Part shown: positions 40,649 through 50,060 of the stretch, piece after piece
How the letters are laid out: each line of letters begins with the position of its first letter
Position numbering within the stretch: the first letter of the stretch is position 1
Position numbers and translations under genes: made by a program
The notes under the pieces: generated by a model
Database searches by the model: none
Told to the model about the DNA's origin: nothing
The model's input: only the letters and a program-made list of their open reading frames with translations
Source of the DNA: a virus
IMG/VR virus record: IMGVR_UViG_3300013137_002967
Location: 22,113 to 86,112 of that record
Length of the DNA stretch: 64,000 bases
Strand: one strand, 5' to 3'

Positions 40649-41989
40649 CTATTTATAAAGTTTATTTTTCTTTTCTTCGTGTTCCAACTCTTTAATATAT
40701 TCTTCTGTTTCTTTAACTAAACCAGAATAAAATAGACTATCAGGTCTTTTACTTAGTTCCACTTTATATTTTTCTAATGATTTTTCAAAAATAGAAATAG
40801 TATCGTTTAGATAATTGAAGAAATGAATATATTTCATAATTTCGACCATTTTTGGATCACCAATTGCCTTACTTGGAGTATCTGACAATTTGACAACTGG
40901 AATACCATCAGCCATTGTCATTTTAATGACCATATTCATCGGATTACTTTTTGCATTGGGATTAGTCTTTTTCATAAAATCAGAAGTGAAATTAGTACCA
41001 ATACCAAAAGAACAACGAATTTTATCTTTACAATATTCTTTCAATTTAATTGTAGTTTCTATATCTAGTGCATTGCTAAATACAATAAGTTTACTCATAG
41101 GATCAATTTTCATCTTTTTATAATGATCAACGATCTTATCAGTAAACACATATGGATCACCTGAATCATGCCTTACACCATCCCATAATTTGGCTTTTTC
41201 TAAAGAAAAATCTCGAAGGAATGTATCAATACCAAAAGTATCAGGAAGCATAGTTCCTAATGTGCCTTTATAGGTTTTAGTCCACCTTTCCATAAATATC
41301 TTATTTGGATGATTCAGACTTTCTAGAGCAGCAACCGCACCAATTGCTTCGTGTGCGCAAGTTCCGAGCGCTTTAACATCATATTTCATAGCTAAATAGC
41401 AATTGCTAGTACCAGCAAATCCGTTGTATTTTTTCATTTCTGAAACTACAATTTCCTGGGTTTCAAAATTGCGTCTACGACGAGTACCAAAATCTGTAAA
41501 AATACATTCAGCTTCACTTAAAGTTTTTGCTTTTGAATTTGCAAGAATTTCCTGACCTTTCATACTCCAATCAGTATCAATCATTCTAAAATAAACTTCT
41601 GAAATGATAGCCATTAGTGGTACCTCCCAAAGTATAGTTTCTCTCCATTTACCTTCGATTGAAATTTGTAACTCATTTTCAGAGTTGAGAACAATTTTCA
41701 CTTGTTTAGAATTGAACCTATAAGCTGCTAAATATTGACGATATGCTACAGGAAGAAAATAAAGATTTTCTTTCATCCAATCATATTCTTCATCAGTAAG
41801 TTTTAATTTTGACATCAATTTAACTTGATGTTTGATTTCCTTTACTGCTTCAGCAGTAAATTTCATTGATTTATCACGATTACTAAACGCATAAATTACA
41901 TCTACATCATTATAATGATCCAGAACAAAAAATTGCATACTTAGCTTATAAAGATCATTATCTAGAATACTTCTAATTATTGGTTTCAT
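40649..41989 (-). CDS. pncB: nicotinate phosphoribosyltransferase
   Basis: SILDNDLYK, DFGTRRR, GTSN, GTCAHE, GVRHDSGDP, FGIGT, VKLSD; TATATTTG box at 42013-42020. Confidence 0.95.
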   Translation of the reverse strand: MKPIIRSILDNDLYKLSMQFFVLDHYNDVDVIYAFSNRDKSMKFTAEAVKEIKHQVKLMSKLKLTDEEYDWMKENLYFLPVAYRQYLAAYRFNSKQVKIVLNSENELQISIEGKWRETILWEVPLMAIISEVYFRMIDTDWSMKGQEILANSKAKTLSEAECIFTDFGTRRRRNFETQEIVVSEMKKYNGFAGTSNCYLAMKYDVKALGTCAHEAIGAVAALESLNHPNKIFMERWTKTYKGTLGTMLPDTFGIDTFLRDFSLEKAKLWDGVRHDSGDPYVFTDKIVDHYKKMKIDPMSKLIVFSNALDIETTIKLKEYCKDKIRCSFGIGTNFTSDFMKKTNPNAKSNPMNMVIKMTMADGIPVVKLSDTPSKAIGDPKMVEIMKYIHFFNYLNDTISIFEKSLEKYKVELSKRPDSLFYSGLVKETEEYIKELEHEEKKNKLYK

Positions 41990-42038
41990 AAATTTTTATA
42001 TTAATTAGAATACAAATATACATATATTTTTTTTAAAA

Positions 42039-42072
42039 TCAAAAAGTCCAGAATTTTTTCTGGACTTTTTGA
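42039..42072 (-). terminator. intrinsic terminator
   Basis: tcaaaaagtccaga...tctggactttttga. Confidence 0.75.
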
Positions 42073-42073
42073 C

Positions 42074-42397
42074 TTATTTTGCAATTTTAATTTTATCTGA
42101 TTCTAATCCAACAGGTTCAAATAATCGCCATCCAATAAAATAAATTGGTACACCAATTGTTTCTATCAGAATAACGCTCCAGATTACATTACCAACAACT
42201 AATTTATATTCTACACCTTCAATTTTCTTCTTTTCTTGATTAAAAAGACCATAAGGTTTTACATTTACTGTGGTGTCAATTACGTAAGTTTTACCATCAA
42301 TTTGTTTTTCAATTGGCATTCTGATATGTTTAGAATTTGCACAAGACGAGACCATCATTGCAACCACAATGAATAGGAATACATAATTTTTTTTCAT
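42074..42397 (-). CDS. putative lipoprotein / membrane protein
   Basis: Lipobox-like VSSC; PYG...Y....GNVIWS.IL.ET..P TM segment. Confidence 0.65.
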   Translation of the reverse strand: MKKNYVFLFIVVAMMVSSCANSKHIRMPIEKQIDGKTYVIDTTVNVKPYGLFNQEKKKIEGVEYKLVVGNVIWSVILIETIGVPIYFIGWRLFEPVGLESDKIKIAK

Positions 42398-42400
42398 TTT

Positions 42401-42865
42401 TTATTTTTTATTAGATTTTTTATAAATATTCATTCCAATATCAACAAAATTACTATTATTATCAAAATAATAATGATTTAATAGTGTTGTGTCACCAGAA
42501 CTATCAAGTTTAATTGCTGTTAATTTGTAAAAGGTTAAGTTTTTAACATTTGGTTCAATAGCTAATTTTGCTATTGAATCAGATTTGTTAACAAGGCTAT
42601 CATAATAACCACTTAGAGGTTGATTTAAAGATCTGGCAATATCAAGCATAAATAGTTGCCTATCACTTATATATTCGTGTATTTCAACATACGCTTCTCT
42701 TCCTGAGAGTGTAAATTCTTTTATCTCAACATCTTTCAATTCGACTTCGGACATATTTACAGATAATTTATCTGTAACAAATTCTTTTCTGACGTTACTC
42801 TTATTGTCGCACGACAACATCGTCATTAAAATACTAATACTTAAAAATGTAATAAAATTTTTCAT
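42401..42865 (-). CDS. putative lipoprotein
   Basis: Signal peptide ending MLSC; TATATTTG box at 42912-42919. Confidence 0.65.
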   Translation of the reverse strand: MKNFITFLSISILMTMLSCDNKSNVRKEFVTDKLSVNMSEVELKDVEIKEFTLSGREAYVEIHEYISDRQLFMLDIARSLNQPLSGYYDSLVNKSDSIAKLAIEPNVKNLTFYKLTAIKLDSSGDTTLLNHYYFDNNSNFVDIGMNIYKKSNKK

Positions 42866-42972
42866 CTTGTTTTTATGTTAATTTATTTTTTATTGAATTA
42901 TTATTAGAATACAAATATAATCATGCTTTTTCAAATAAACAAATGTTATTTAAAATAAAAATAGAGATTGTG

Positions 42973-43140
42973 TCAATCTCTGCTTTTTTCTTTCTCCATT
43001 GCTTTCTTAATAAGATGTTCTATGTATTTAGATTTGTTAATATTCTTTTCCTCACAAATCTTATCCAAGATTTCATCTAATTCAATATTAATTGAAACTG
43101 ATAAAGTTTTCTTCTTATCAGTTGTTTTTGGTCTTGCCAT
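42973..43140 (-). CDS. ribbon-helix-helix protein (55 aa, not in ORF track)
   Basis: MARPKTTDKKKTLSVSINIELDEILDKICEEKNINKSKYIEHLIKKAM. Confidence 0.8.
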   Translation of the reverse strand: MARPKTTDKKKTLSVSINIELDEILDKICEEKNINKSKYIEHLIKKAMEKEKSRD

Positions 43141-43278
43141 TTATTTTTTTATAGATAAAAAATTGAAAATGGTTTAAAATAAAAAAGATAAAAAAGACCA
43201 AATTTTCTAACTGCCAAATCAAAATGGAAAAATATGACATTTTTTTATTTATATATACTATAAAAATACTAAATAAAT

Positions 43279-43437
43279 ATGAAAAAACCAAAAACAAAAA
43301 GAAAAGTATCAATATCATTAAATAGTAATGTATATACTTTTTTAGAAAAATTTGAAAATAAATCTAAGTATATTGAATATTTAATATATAAAGACTTGAA
43401 AGATAATAATGTCCTGAAAAAAGATATAATACTATGA
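43279..43437 (+). CDS. ribbon-helix-helix protein (52 aa, not in ORF track)
   Basis: MKKPKTKRKVSISLNSNVYTFLEKFENKSKYIEYLIYKDL; ATGA overlap with the endonuclease. Confidence 0.8.
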   Translation: MKKPKTKRKVSISLNSNVYTFLEKFENKSKYIEYLIYKDLKDNNVLKKDIIL

Positions 43438-44168
43438 AATATAAATATATTTATAAAACTGTAAATCTTACTAATGGTAAAGCATATATAGGACAACATT
43501 CAACTGACATAGAATATGATAATTATCGTGGTAGTGGTCCTAAACTATTAGAAGATATAAAAAAATATGGATTAGATAATTTTGTAAGAGGTATTATAGA
43601 ATATTGTGAAGATAAAGAAGAATTGAACGAAAGAGAAAAATATTGGATTAAATATTATAATACAATAGAGGAAGGATATAATATTTGTAAAGGTGGAGGT
43701 GATTATCCTGTTTTATATGGTAAAAATAATGGTTTTTATGGTAAAAAACATTCAGATGAAACAAAAGAAAAAATTAGAAAATCAAGAGAAGGAAAAACAC
43801 CTTGGAATAAAGGTAAAACTGGTATCTATCAGGCATCAGAAAAACAAAAGAAAATTGCAAGTGAGAGACATAGTGGTGAAGGTAATTGGAATTATGGTAA
43901 AAAAGGTGAGTTGTCACCATCTTTCGGATTAAAAAGAAGTAAAAAAACAAAAAAGTTGTATAGTGAAACAAAAAAAGGTGCTAAAAATCCAAATGTTGGA
44001 GTATTTGAAATTTTAACACCTGATGATAAAAAATACATTACTGCTTCTGGAATACCAGATTTTTTAGAGAAGCATCCTGAATATAATTCTAAAAAATGGG
44101 TATTATATCATTCGAAGAGATTAAACAAAAGGTATCAAGGTTGGAGAGTAACTTCAATTTCGTTATAA
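43434..44168 (+). CDS. GIY-YIG (Seg-like) homing endonuclease with NUMOD3 motifs
   Basis: YIYKT.N..NGKAYIGQH, Y.GSG, EREKYWI, GYN...GG, HSDETKEKI. Confidence 0.9.
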   Translation: MKYKYIYKTVNLTNGKAYIGQHSTDIEYDNYRGSGPKLLEDIKKYGLDNFVRGIIEYCEDKEELNEREKYWIKYYNTIEEGYNICKGGGDYPVLYGKNNGFYGKKHSDETKEKIRKSREGKTPWNKGKTGIYQASEKQKKIASERHSGEGNWNYGKKGELSPSFGLKRSKKTKKLYSETKKGAKNPNVGVFEILTPDDKKYITASGIPDFLEKHPEYNSKKWVLYHSKRLNKRYQGWRVTSISL

Positions 44169-44818
44169 GAATTTACGATAATTACATTAAATGTATCAAC
44201 TAATTCATTAACGATTTTATTAATTTCTTCTTCAGTTCCGATGCCTCTGCATCCACCAAGATTAAGAATAACCTGAAATCCTGCTTCAGATAAATCCTTA
44301 CATGTCTCTGATACGCAGAAATTTGTGGCTAATCCAGCAACAATCACAGTAGTAATATTTTTTGATTCGTACCATTCAATAAGTCCGGTAGAAATTTTTT
44401 TGTTAAGATCATGATAACAGCTTGAATATGGATGAAGGTCAGGTTCAAAGCCTTTTGCAAGAAAGAAATCATACTCTTTCATTTCAGGAAGACCATCAAT
44501 AAGTTCCATACCGTAAGTACCGGACATACAATGTGCATTCCAAGCAATATCAACATTTTCACCTTTAACTGGTGTAAATTGAGGCTTTTTCGAATTTGCC
44601 AACCAAATTGCATTAGCAGGATGAACATCTTTAGAAACAGTTTTATACTTAACCAAATTGTTTTGACCATTCAATTCGTCTACAATTTTATCACCTTCAT
44701 TTACTGGCAATTCGTCAGGACAAAGCGGAGTAAATCCTTTCTGAGGATCAACATTGTGGCTAGCGGTTTTATCAAAAACCACTGAAATTTTTTGAGTTTC
44801 GTCTAATTCAATATTCAT
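44135..44818 (-). CDS. pncA: nicotinamidase
   Basis: VDPQKGF, KDVH, W.AHC, KG, GLATNFCV motifs; TATCTTTG box at 44842-44849. Confidence 0.92.
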   Translation of the reverse strand: MNIELDETQKISVVFDKTASHNVDPQKGFTPLCPDELPVNEGDKIVDELNGQNNLVKYKTVSKDVHPANAIWLANSKKPQFTPVKGENVDIAWNAHCMSGTYGMELIDGLPEMKEYDFFLAKGFEPDLHPYSSCYHDLNKKISTGLIEWYESKNITTVIVAGLATNFCVSETCKDLSEAGFQVILNLGGCRGIGTEEEINKIVNELVDTFNVIIVNSYNEIEVTLQP

Positions 44819-44883
44819 AATATTTATATTATTTGTTGTAACAAAGATAAGGAATTAAAATTAAAATAAAAAATAATGAAAAA

Positions 44884-45228
44884 TTATTTATTAAGTTTTT
44901 GAAGTTTTTGAAGTTTATACTTTCTGAATGCTTTCTCCATTTTGTTAAAATATTCATCTGAACATTTGTGCTGAGAAATTTTTTCAACTATTATTTCTTC
45001 AGGATTATTACCAGTATATCCTAATATTGTCATTAAAAATGCTTCTGAAATTTCCTCTGGTATATTTACTTTTACCATTTGATTATCTTTTCTATAATAT
45101 ATATCGCCATTATTATAAATTCTTAATAATTCTTGAGAATTCTTATCAGTGACACTGAATATATTATCTGCTTGGGTTTGTTGTAATGTTGACATTTTTT
45201 TATTTTTTTTTAAATAAGTACTTGTCAT
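44884..45228 (-). CDS. hypothetical protein with C-terminal RxxKLxxL motif
   Basis: Ends AFRKYKLQKL. Confidence 0.6.
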   Translation of the reverse strand: MTSTYLKKNKKMSTLQQTQADNIFSVTDKNSQELLRIYNNGDIYYRKDNQMVKVNIPEEISEAFLMTILGYTGNNPEEIIVEKISQHKCSDEYFNKMEKAFRKYKLQKLQKLNK

Positions 45229-45403
45229 AATATTCTGTTTCCATATTTCTGAGTGTTTTAAGAACGATATCTATAAAGTTAGGTCTCTCATCTAAATCTT
45301 CAAATTCTTTTTGAGTTTTAGCATCTTCAACTTCCCTGATTAGATCTTCTAATGATACGTAGGGTCTACCATCTTCTCCTTTTAATGTTCTTACTATTCC
45401 CAT
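45200..45403 (-). CDS. hypothetical protein
   Basis: 67-aa ORF with TATATA motif upstream. Confidence 0.55.
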   Translation of the reverse strand: MGIVRTLKGEDGRPYVSLEDLIREVEDAKTQKEFEDLDERPNFIDIVLKTLRNMETEYYDKYLFKKK

Positions 45404-45458
45404 TTTATATATGTGTTTACTTATATATTATTTTTAATCTCCCCGGATCTCTTATGTA

Positions 45459-48400
45459 CTAATATTTTAATTCTAGGTGTGAGATCAATTTTTCATCTTT
45501 TTTAACTTCAATGAGAGCTTGATAGTTTATCGGATGAACATGCTCTATAATAACAACTTTTTTTACTTTTGTTTTAATTACATCTAAAAAATCTATAAAT
45601 TGTTGTACTGAATCACCAATTAATTTACCCATAATTTCATCAAGAAAAATGAAAGTTGGTTTAGATTTAACGTTAATTTCTCTTAATGCTATTTTTAAGG
45701 CAAGTGAGCAGAATGTTCTTTCCATTCCTGAACTTTCTATAGAGTTTTGACTTACATCCAATCTATCATTAGCACTCATTCTTAAAGTTAAATTCTCATC
45801 AAAAAATAAAGTAAAATTAACATTAGATAATAAATCATTCAATTCCTTATTTATTAGATGTATAGATTTTTTCAATAAAAAGGTAGGTATACCATCTCTT
45901 GATATGCATTTTTGATATTCTTTAAGAAGTTCTTCTTTTTTTCTTTGTTTCAAATATTTTTTAATGTTAATAGATATTGTATCTATTTCACTATTTTTTA
46001 ATAATATATCTTTCTCATAATCTATATTTTCTTGATTAATCTCTTTAATATTATCTTTGATAATATTAATCTTTTGTTCTAAATCGTTGATAGATATTTG
46101 AATTTTTTCATTTTCTTCAATTTTAGATTTATACTCTTGAAATTTATCTATCTCTAATTGTAAATCTTTTATTTTCAGTTCAAAATTTTCAATTGAAAGT
46201 TTTATATTATCTTTTTGAGAAATCTTTGTATTTCTAAGTTCAAATTTTTCTTTCAATTTTTCTTCAATTTCTATATCATTTTCAATACTTTCAATATTGA
46301 AATTTTTTAATTCTATTTCTAGATTTTTAATAACTTTTAAATTTTCATTTCTAGAAATTTCTATCTTTTTAAGTATGATTTCACCTCTTAAAACATTTTC
46401 TTTAAGTGATGGCGCATTATCATAATTATCATTTTTAATCTGTTCAATTATTGATTTAGTAGTTAAATTATCTTGTTTTAGAATGTTAACATCACCTGCT
46501 TCAACAATTTTTTCTTTAACTTTCTCAGAATAAATACTATTATTAATTGTCTTCTTGCTCTCTTCTAATACTTTTTCCTTATCATCTAAGCTAGGTAGAG
46601 TATTTTTCAGTTTTTTATATTCTGATAAGTATTTCTGTATTTTATCTGTATTTTCCTTTTTCTCTTCTCCTAATTCTTTGATATTTTCTTGTAGATGATT
46701 CAAATGCTCAGAGTACTTTGGATCGTTGCTATCATATTCTCTACCACAAGTTGGACAAGATGTTGAATTTTTCAACTCATCTATTTCTTTATCTAGCTTA
46801 TCATTTGCATTTTTAGCATTAATTCCATCCTTTTGTAGTAGCTTAATTTTATTATTTATTTCATTCCTTTGTAGAATTATATTTTGAATTTGTGAATCAA
46901 TATTTCTAATTTCTTCATTTATGATTTTATCTATTTGATTCTTAATCATTTCTATCTTAAGTTCATTATTATTAATTTTAAATTGTAATTTCTTAATCTC
47001 AGACTCTTTTAATTCTTTAATTTTAGATAGTACCTTATCTTTTTTATTATCTGATTCTGTTATAAGATTTTTTAAATTTGAAATTTCATCTTTTCTTTCA
47101 GATATTTTATCATTAGTTTCTTTAAGTTTTATTTTTAGATCATTAAGTTTCTTTGTATCAAAGTTTAAAGGTAATTCTTTAATTTCTCTTTCCAAAATGA
47201 CATTTTGAATTTTAAGTTCCTCTATTTTTTTATCGTAATTTTCAATAGAATTAAGATTAATATTTTCATCAAAATTAATCATTGATGAGTCTATATTATT
47301 TAATTTTTTATTAAAATCATCTCTTTTGTTGTTGAGGTTAGATAATTCATTATCAAAATTTTCTATTAAGGTCTTATTGGTATCTATTTCTATTTTTTTA
47401 TTTTCAATATTTGTGCTTAACTCATCTATTCTAGCTTCTGATTCTTGTATATCTAGTATTATTTTTTCCTCACTCAATTCTTTCTTATATTCTTTAAATT
47501 CCTCTAACTTAATTTCAAAAACATCATATCCTGCATCTCTGATTATATTATCCATAAAAACACTTCTGGTTTCTGATAATATTGAGTTCAGATTATCAGC
47601 GTTAGTGTATGATAATCTTATAAATGATGCTATGTCACTTATAATTAGTTCTAATTTTTCTTGCGTTTTTACTCTGACTTCATCTGTTAATTTATTTTTT
47701 TCTGATACTTCATTTTTATAGAAATCTAGTGTGGTTGGGCAACTAGAAATAATCGTCTTGTTCTTATTCCAAATTCTTTCTGTTTTTCGTTGTATAATAA
47801 ATTTTTCACCATCCACATCTATAATGGCACCACCTAAGCAATAGTCCAAATCTCTTTTATTATTTATGTATCTACTATCACCGAATTTTTCAGGTGATAA
47901 GGTAACTGTTGTTTTACCAAATAAAATATAAGTCAAAGCATCCAAAATTGTAGTTTTACCTTCCTGATTTAATCCGATTATTTGAATCATGCCATCAATA
48001 TCATTCCAATCAATTTTATTATCGTCACCATATGATTTAAAATTACTAAACCAGAACTTATCTACACTCCATTGTATATTAGCTTTAGTATTTTTAAGGT
48101 TCAATCTATTGTTGATAATTTGATCAATTTTTAAAATTTCATCAATATCTTCTTTTTTATATTTTTGATTTTCAAGGTATTCCTTAAATATACTATTTTG
48201 TATGTCAGTATCACTTAAATCTAAAGATTCAGATAACATTTCAGAATCTATAACGTCATTATAAACAAAAATTTTTTCAAATTTAACTTTTGTCGTATTC
48301 AAATTTTCTTTGATATAATCTCTGATTTGTTTTTCATTAATAGTATTAATATTTGAACTTAAATCTTTCCAATGAACCTTAATTTCAGTATCTTCGGTTA

Positions 48401-49187
48401 AATTTTCTACTTTAATTTTAAGATTTTCATAGTCAGTTTCTTCATCGATATATAAATTAAGAAATCTATGATCATTTTCAATATCATATTCTGTTATTTC
48501 AAATTCTGTCGCACTTATTAAATTCCACAAAAGAAATCCGTGTTTATCAATTGATTCACCATAATCTTTTTGTATTAATGATCCACAATATGCAGCTGAT
48601 TTATTTTTTCTAAAGTATTGTCTTTTATGAATATCGGCAAGCATCATATAATCATTATGATTAAAATATGATATATCTTTTAGTGACTTATCGGTAAATA
48701 CTTTACCTATATCGGTTGAAGAATTTTGTATCGGATCATGAAAAAGTCCAACATAAATTTGATTTTTATCTTTTATCTGCCCGATCCAAGGATCTATATT
48801 TTTTTCTGGATGATGATATACTACCCAAGAAATTTGATCGTCTTTATAAATACCACTTTTATTATAATAAGTAATATTAGTATTATTTATCAATTTAACA
48901 ATGGTTTCAATACTATCAATTCGGTTTAATGATTTATAGTTCAAATCATGATTACCACAAGTAATTATAATTTTTGATATTTTAGATAAATTATTTAAAA
49001 AATTTCCAGCTAATAATTTAGCTTCGTTAGATAAAGTTAATTTACTTTCAAATAAATCACCTACAATTACTATCCTATCAGGTTTTAATTCTTGTAATTT
49101 TTTGTATAATCTATTAAATACTTTCTGATATTCATCGTGTCTATTTTCATTCAATATATGGATATCACCCAAGTGTGCAATTATCAT
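45459..49187 (-). CDS. fused SbcD/Mre11 nuclease - SbcC/Rad50 ATPase
   Basis: HLGDIH, GDLF and GNHD phosphoesterase motifs; Walker A GLNQEGKTT; coiled coil with CPTC hook; SSGME signature; IFLDE Walker B. Confidence 0.92.
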   Translation of the reverse strand: MIIAHLGDIHILNENRHDEYQKVFNRLYKKLQELKPDRIVIVGDLFESKLTLSNEAKLLAGNFLNNLSKISKIIITCGNHDLNYKSLNRIDSIETIVKLINNTNITYYNKSGIYKDDQISWVVYHHPEKNIDPWIGQIKDKNQIYVGLFHDPIQNSSTDIGKVFTDKSLKDISYFNHNDYMMLADIHKRQYFRKNKSAAYCGSLIQKDYGESIDKHGFLLWNLISATEFEITEYDIENDHRFLNLYIDEETDYENLKIKVENLTEDTEIKVHWKDLSSNINTINEKQIRDYIKENLNTTKVKFEKIFVYNDVIDSEMLSESLDLSDTDIQNSIFKEYLENQKYKKEDIDEILKIDQIINNRLNLKNTKANIQWSVDKFWFSNFKSYGDDNKIDWNDIDGMIQIIGLNQEGKTTILDALTYILFGKTTVTLSPEKFGDSRYINNKRDLDYCLGGAIIDVDGEKFIIQRKTERIWNKNKTIISSCPTTLDFYKNEVSEKNKLTDEVRVKTQEKLELIISDIASFIRLSYTNADNLNSILSETRSVFMDNIIRDAGYDVFEIKLEEFKEYKKELSEEKIILDIQESEARIDELSTNIENKKIEIDTNKTLIENFDNELSNLNNKRDDFNKKLNNIDSSMINFDENINLNSIENYDKKIEELKIQNVILEREIKELPLNFDTKKLNDLKIKLKETNDKISERKDEISNLKNLITESDNKKDKVLSKIKELKESEIKKLQFKINNNELKIEMIKNQIDKIINEEIRNIDSQIQNIILQRNEINNKIKLLQKDGINAKNANDKLDKEIDELKNSTSCPTCGREYDSNDPKYSEHLNHLQENIKELGEEKKENTDKIQKYLSEYKKLKNTLPSLDDKEKVLEESKKTINNSIYSEKVKEKIVEAGDVNILKQDNLTTKSIIEQIKNDNYDNAPSLKENVLRGEIILKKIEISRNENLKVIKNLEIELKNFNIESIENDIEIEEKLKEKFELRNTKISQKDNIKLSIENFELKIKDLQLEIDKFQEYKSKIEENEKIQISINDLEQKINIIKDNIKEINQENIDYEKDILLKNSEIDTISINIKKYLKQRKKEELLKEYQKCISRDGIPTFLLKKSIHLINKELNDLLSNVNFTLFFDENLTLRMSANDRLDVSQNSIESSGMERTFCSLALKIALREINVKSKPTFIFLDEIMGKLIGDSVQQFIDFLDVIKTKVKKVVIIEHVHPINYQALIEVKKDEKLISHLELKY

Positions 49188-49342
49188 TCTATTTTATTAT
49201 TTTTTGTTTCGAGATACTTAATAATTTTATTTTCTATGAACTTTGATTTATTAATCTTATGTTTTTTGCAGTAAATTGTCATTAAATTTAATATCTCCGG
49301 ATGTATTGATATACTAATACTTTTTTTCTTATTGAATTTCAC
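49184..49342 (-). CDS. ribbon-helix-helix protein (52 aa, GTG start, not in ORF track)
   Basis: MKFNKKKSISISIHPEILNLMTIYCKKHKINKSKFIENKII; ATGA overlap with the SbcDC start. Confidence 0.7.
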   Translation of the reverse strand: MKFNKKKSISISIHPEILNLMTIYCKKHKINKSKFIENKIIKYLETKNNKIE

Positions 49343-49403
49343 TATATTAATATTTATTTTATTTCAATAGATTATATTGAGTTTTAATATTAAAGTTTTT
49401 GTA

Positions 49404-49430
49404 AAAAAATGGTAAAAAATACCATTTTTT
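49404..49430. promoter_or_regulatory. perfect 11-bp inverted repeat, candidate RHH operator
   Basis: aaaaaatggta-aaaaa-taccatttttt between divergent RHH genes. Confidence 0.6.
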
Positions 49431-49455
49431 ATTTTAAATATTTATATATACTATA

Positions 49456-49626
49456 ATGAAAAAAATATATGACAAGGCTAAAAGAGAGAAATTATCAATA
49501 ACCATTGATAATGAGTTGCTTATTATAATAGATGAATTAACTTCAAATAGATCATATTTAATCAATTCAATATTAAAAGATTTTTTTAAGAGTGTAGATG
49601 AAGATGTATCAAAAATAAAATTATAA
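49456..49626 (+). CDS. ribbon-helix-helix protein (56 aa, not in ORF track)
   Basis: MKKIYDKAKREKLSITIDNELLIIIDELTSNRSYLINSILKDFF. Confidence 0.75.
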   Translation: MKKIYDKAKREKLSITIDNELLIIIDELTSNRSYLINSILKDFFKSVDEDVSKIKL

Positions 49627-49627
49627 A

Positions 49628-50033
49628 ATGAAGAAGCCAAATAATTATTGGACAAAGGATAGATGTCATGAAATTGCATTGAAATATAAAAATAGAAATG
49701 ATTTCAGAAAAAAAGATGCTAGGAGGAAATACTATCTACTGGACATATGAAAATTGTAAAGCCGAAGCTATTAAATTTAAATATAGAACGGATTTTAATA
49801 TTAATAGTAGAGGTGCAGCTTCTTCGGCTAGAAATAATGGTTGGTATGATGAAATATGTTCACATATGGTATTTAATACACCTAAGAAATATTGGAGAGA
49901 ACAAGAAATTAATTTTTTAATTAATAATTACGATAAAAGTATTAAATATTGTGCTAAGCAATTGAATAAATCTTATTATTCAATAAAGAGTATGCGGATG
50001 AAGTTAAAGACAAAAAACAATATCAAAAATTAA
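49628..50033 (+). pseudogene. internally deleted, frameshifted WTYxxC-repeat homing endonuclease
   Basis: MKKPNNYWTKDRC... starts at 49628 and changes frame to LGGNTIYWTYENC...; no GIY-YIG domain remains. Confidence 0.7.
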
Positions 50034-50060
50034 TATATAAAGAAAAATAAAATTTTTAAT

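Noticed and set aside
42968-43499. Track ORFs 42968-43177, 43118-43318 and 43269-43499
   Set aside because: Antisense shadows of the two RHH genes identified manually
49434-49679. Track ORF of 81 aa on the minus strand
   Set aside because: Antisense to the RHH gene at 49456-49626
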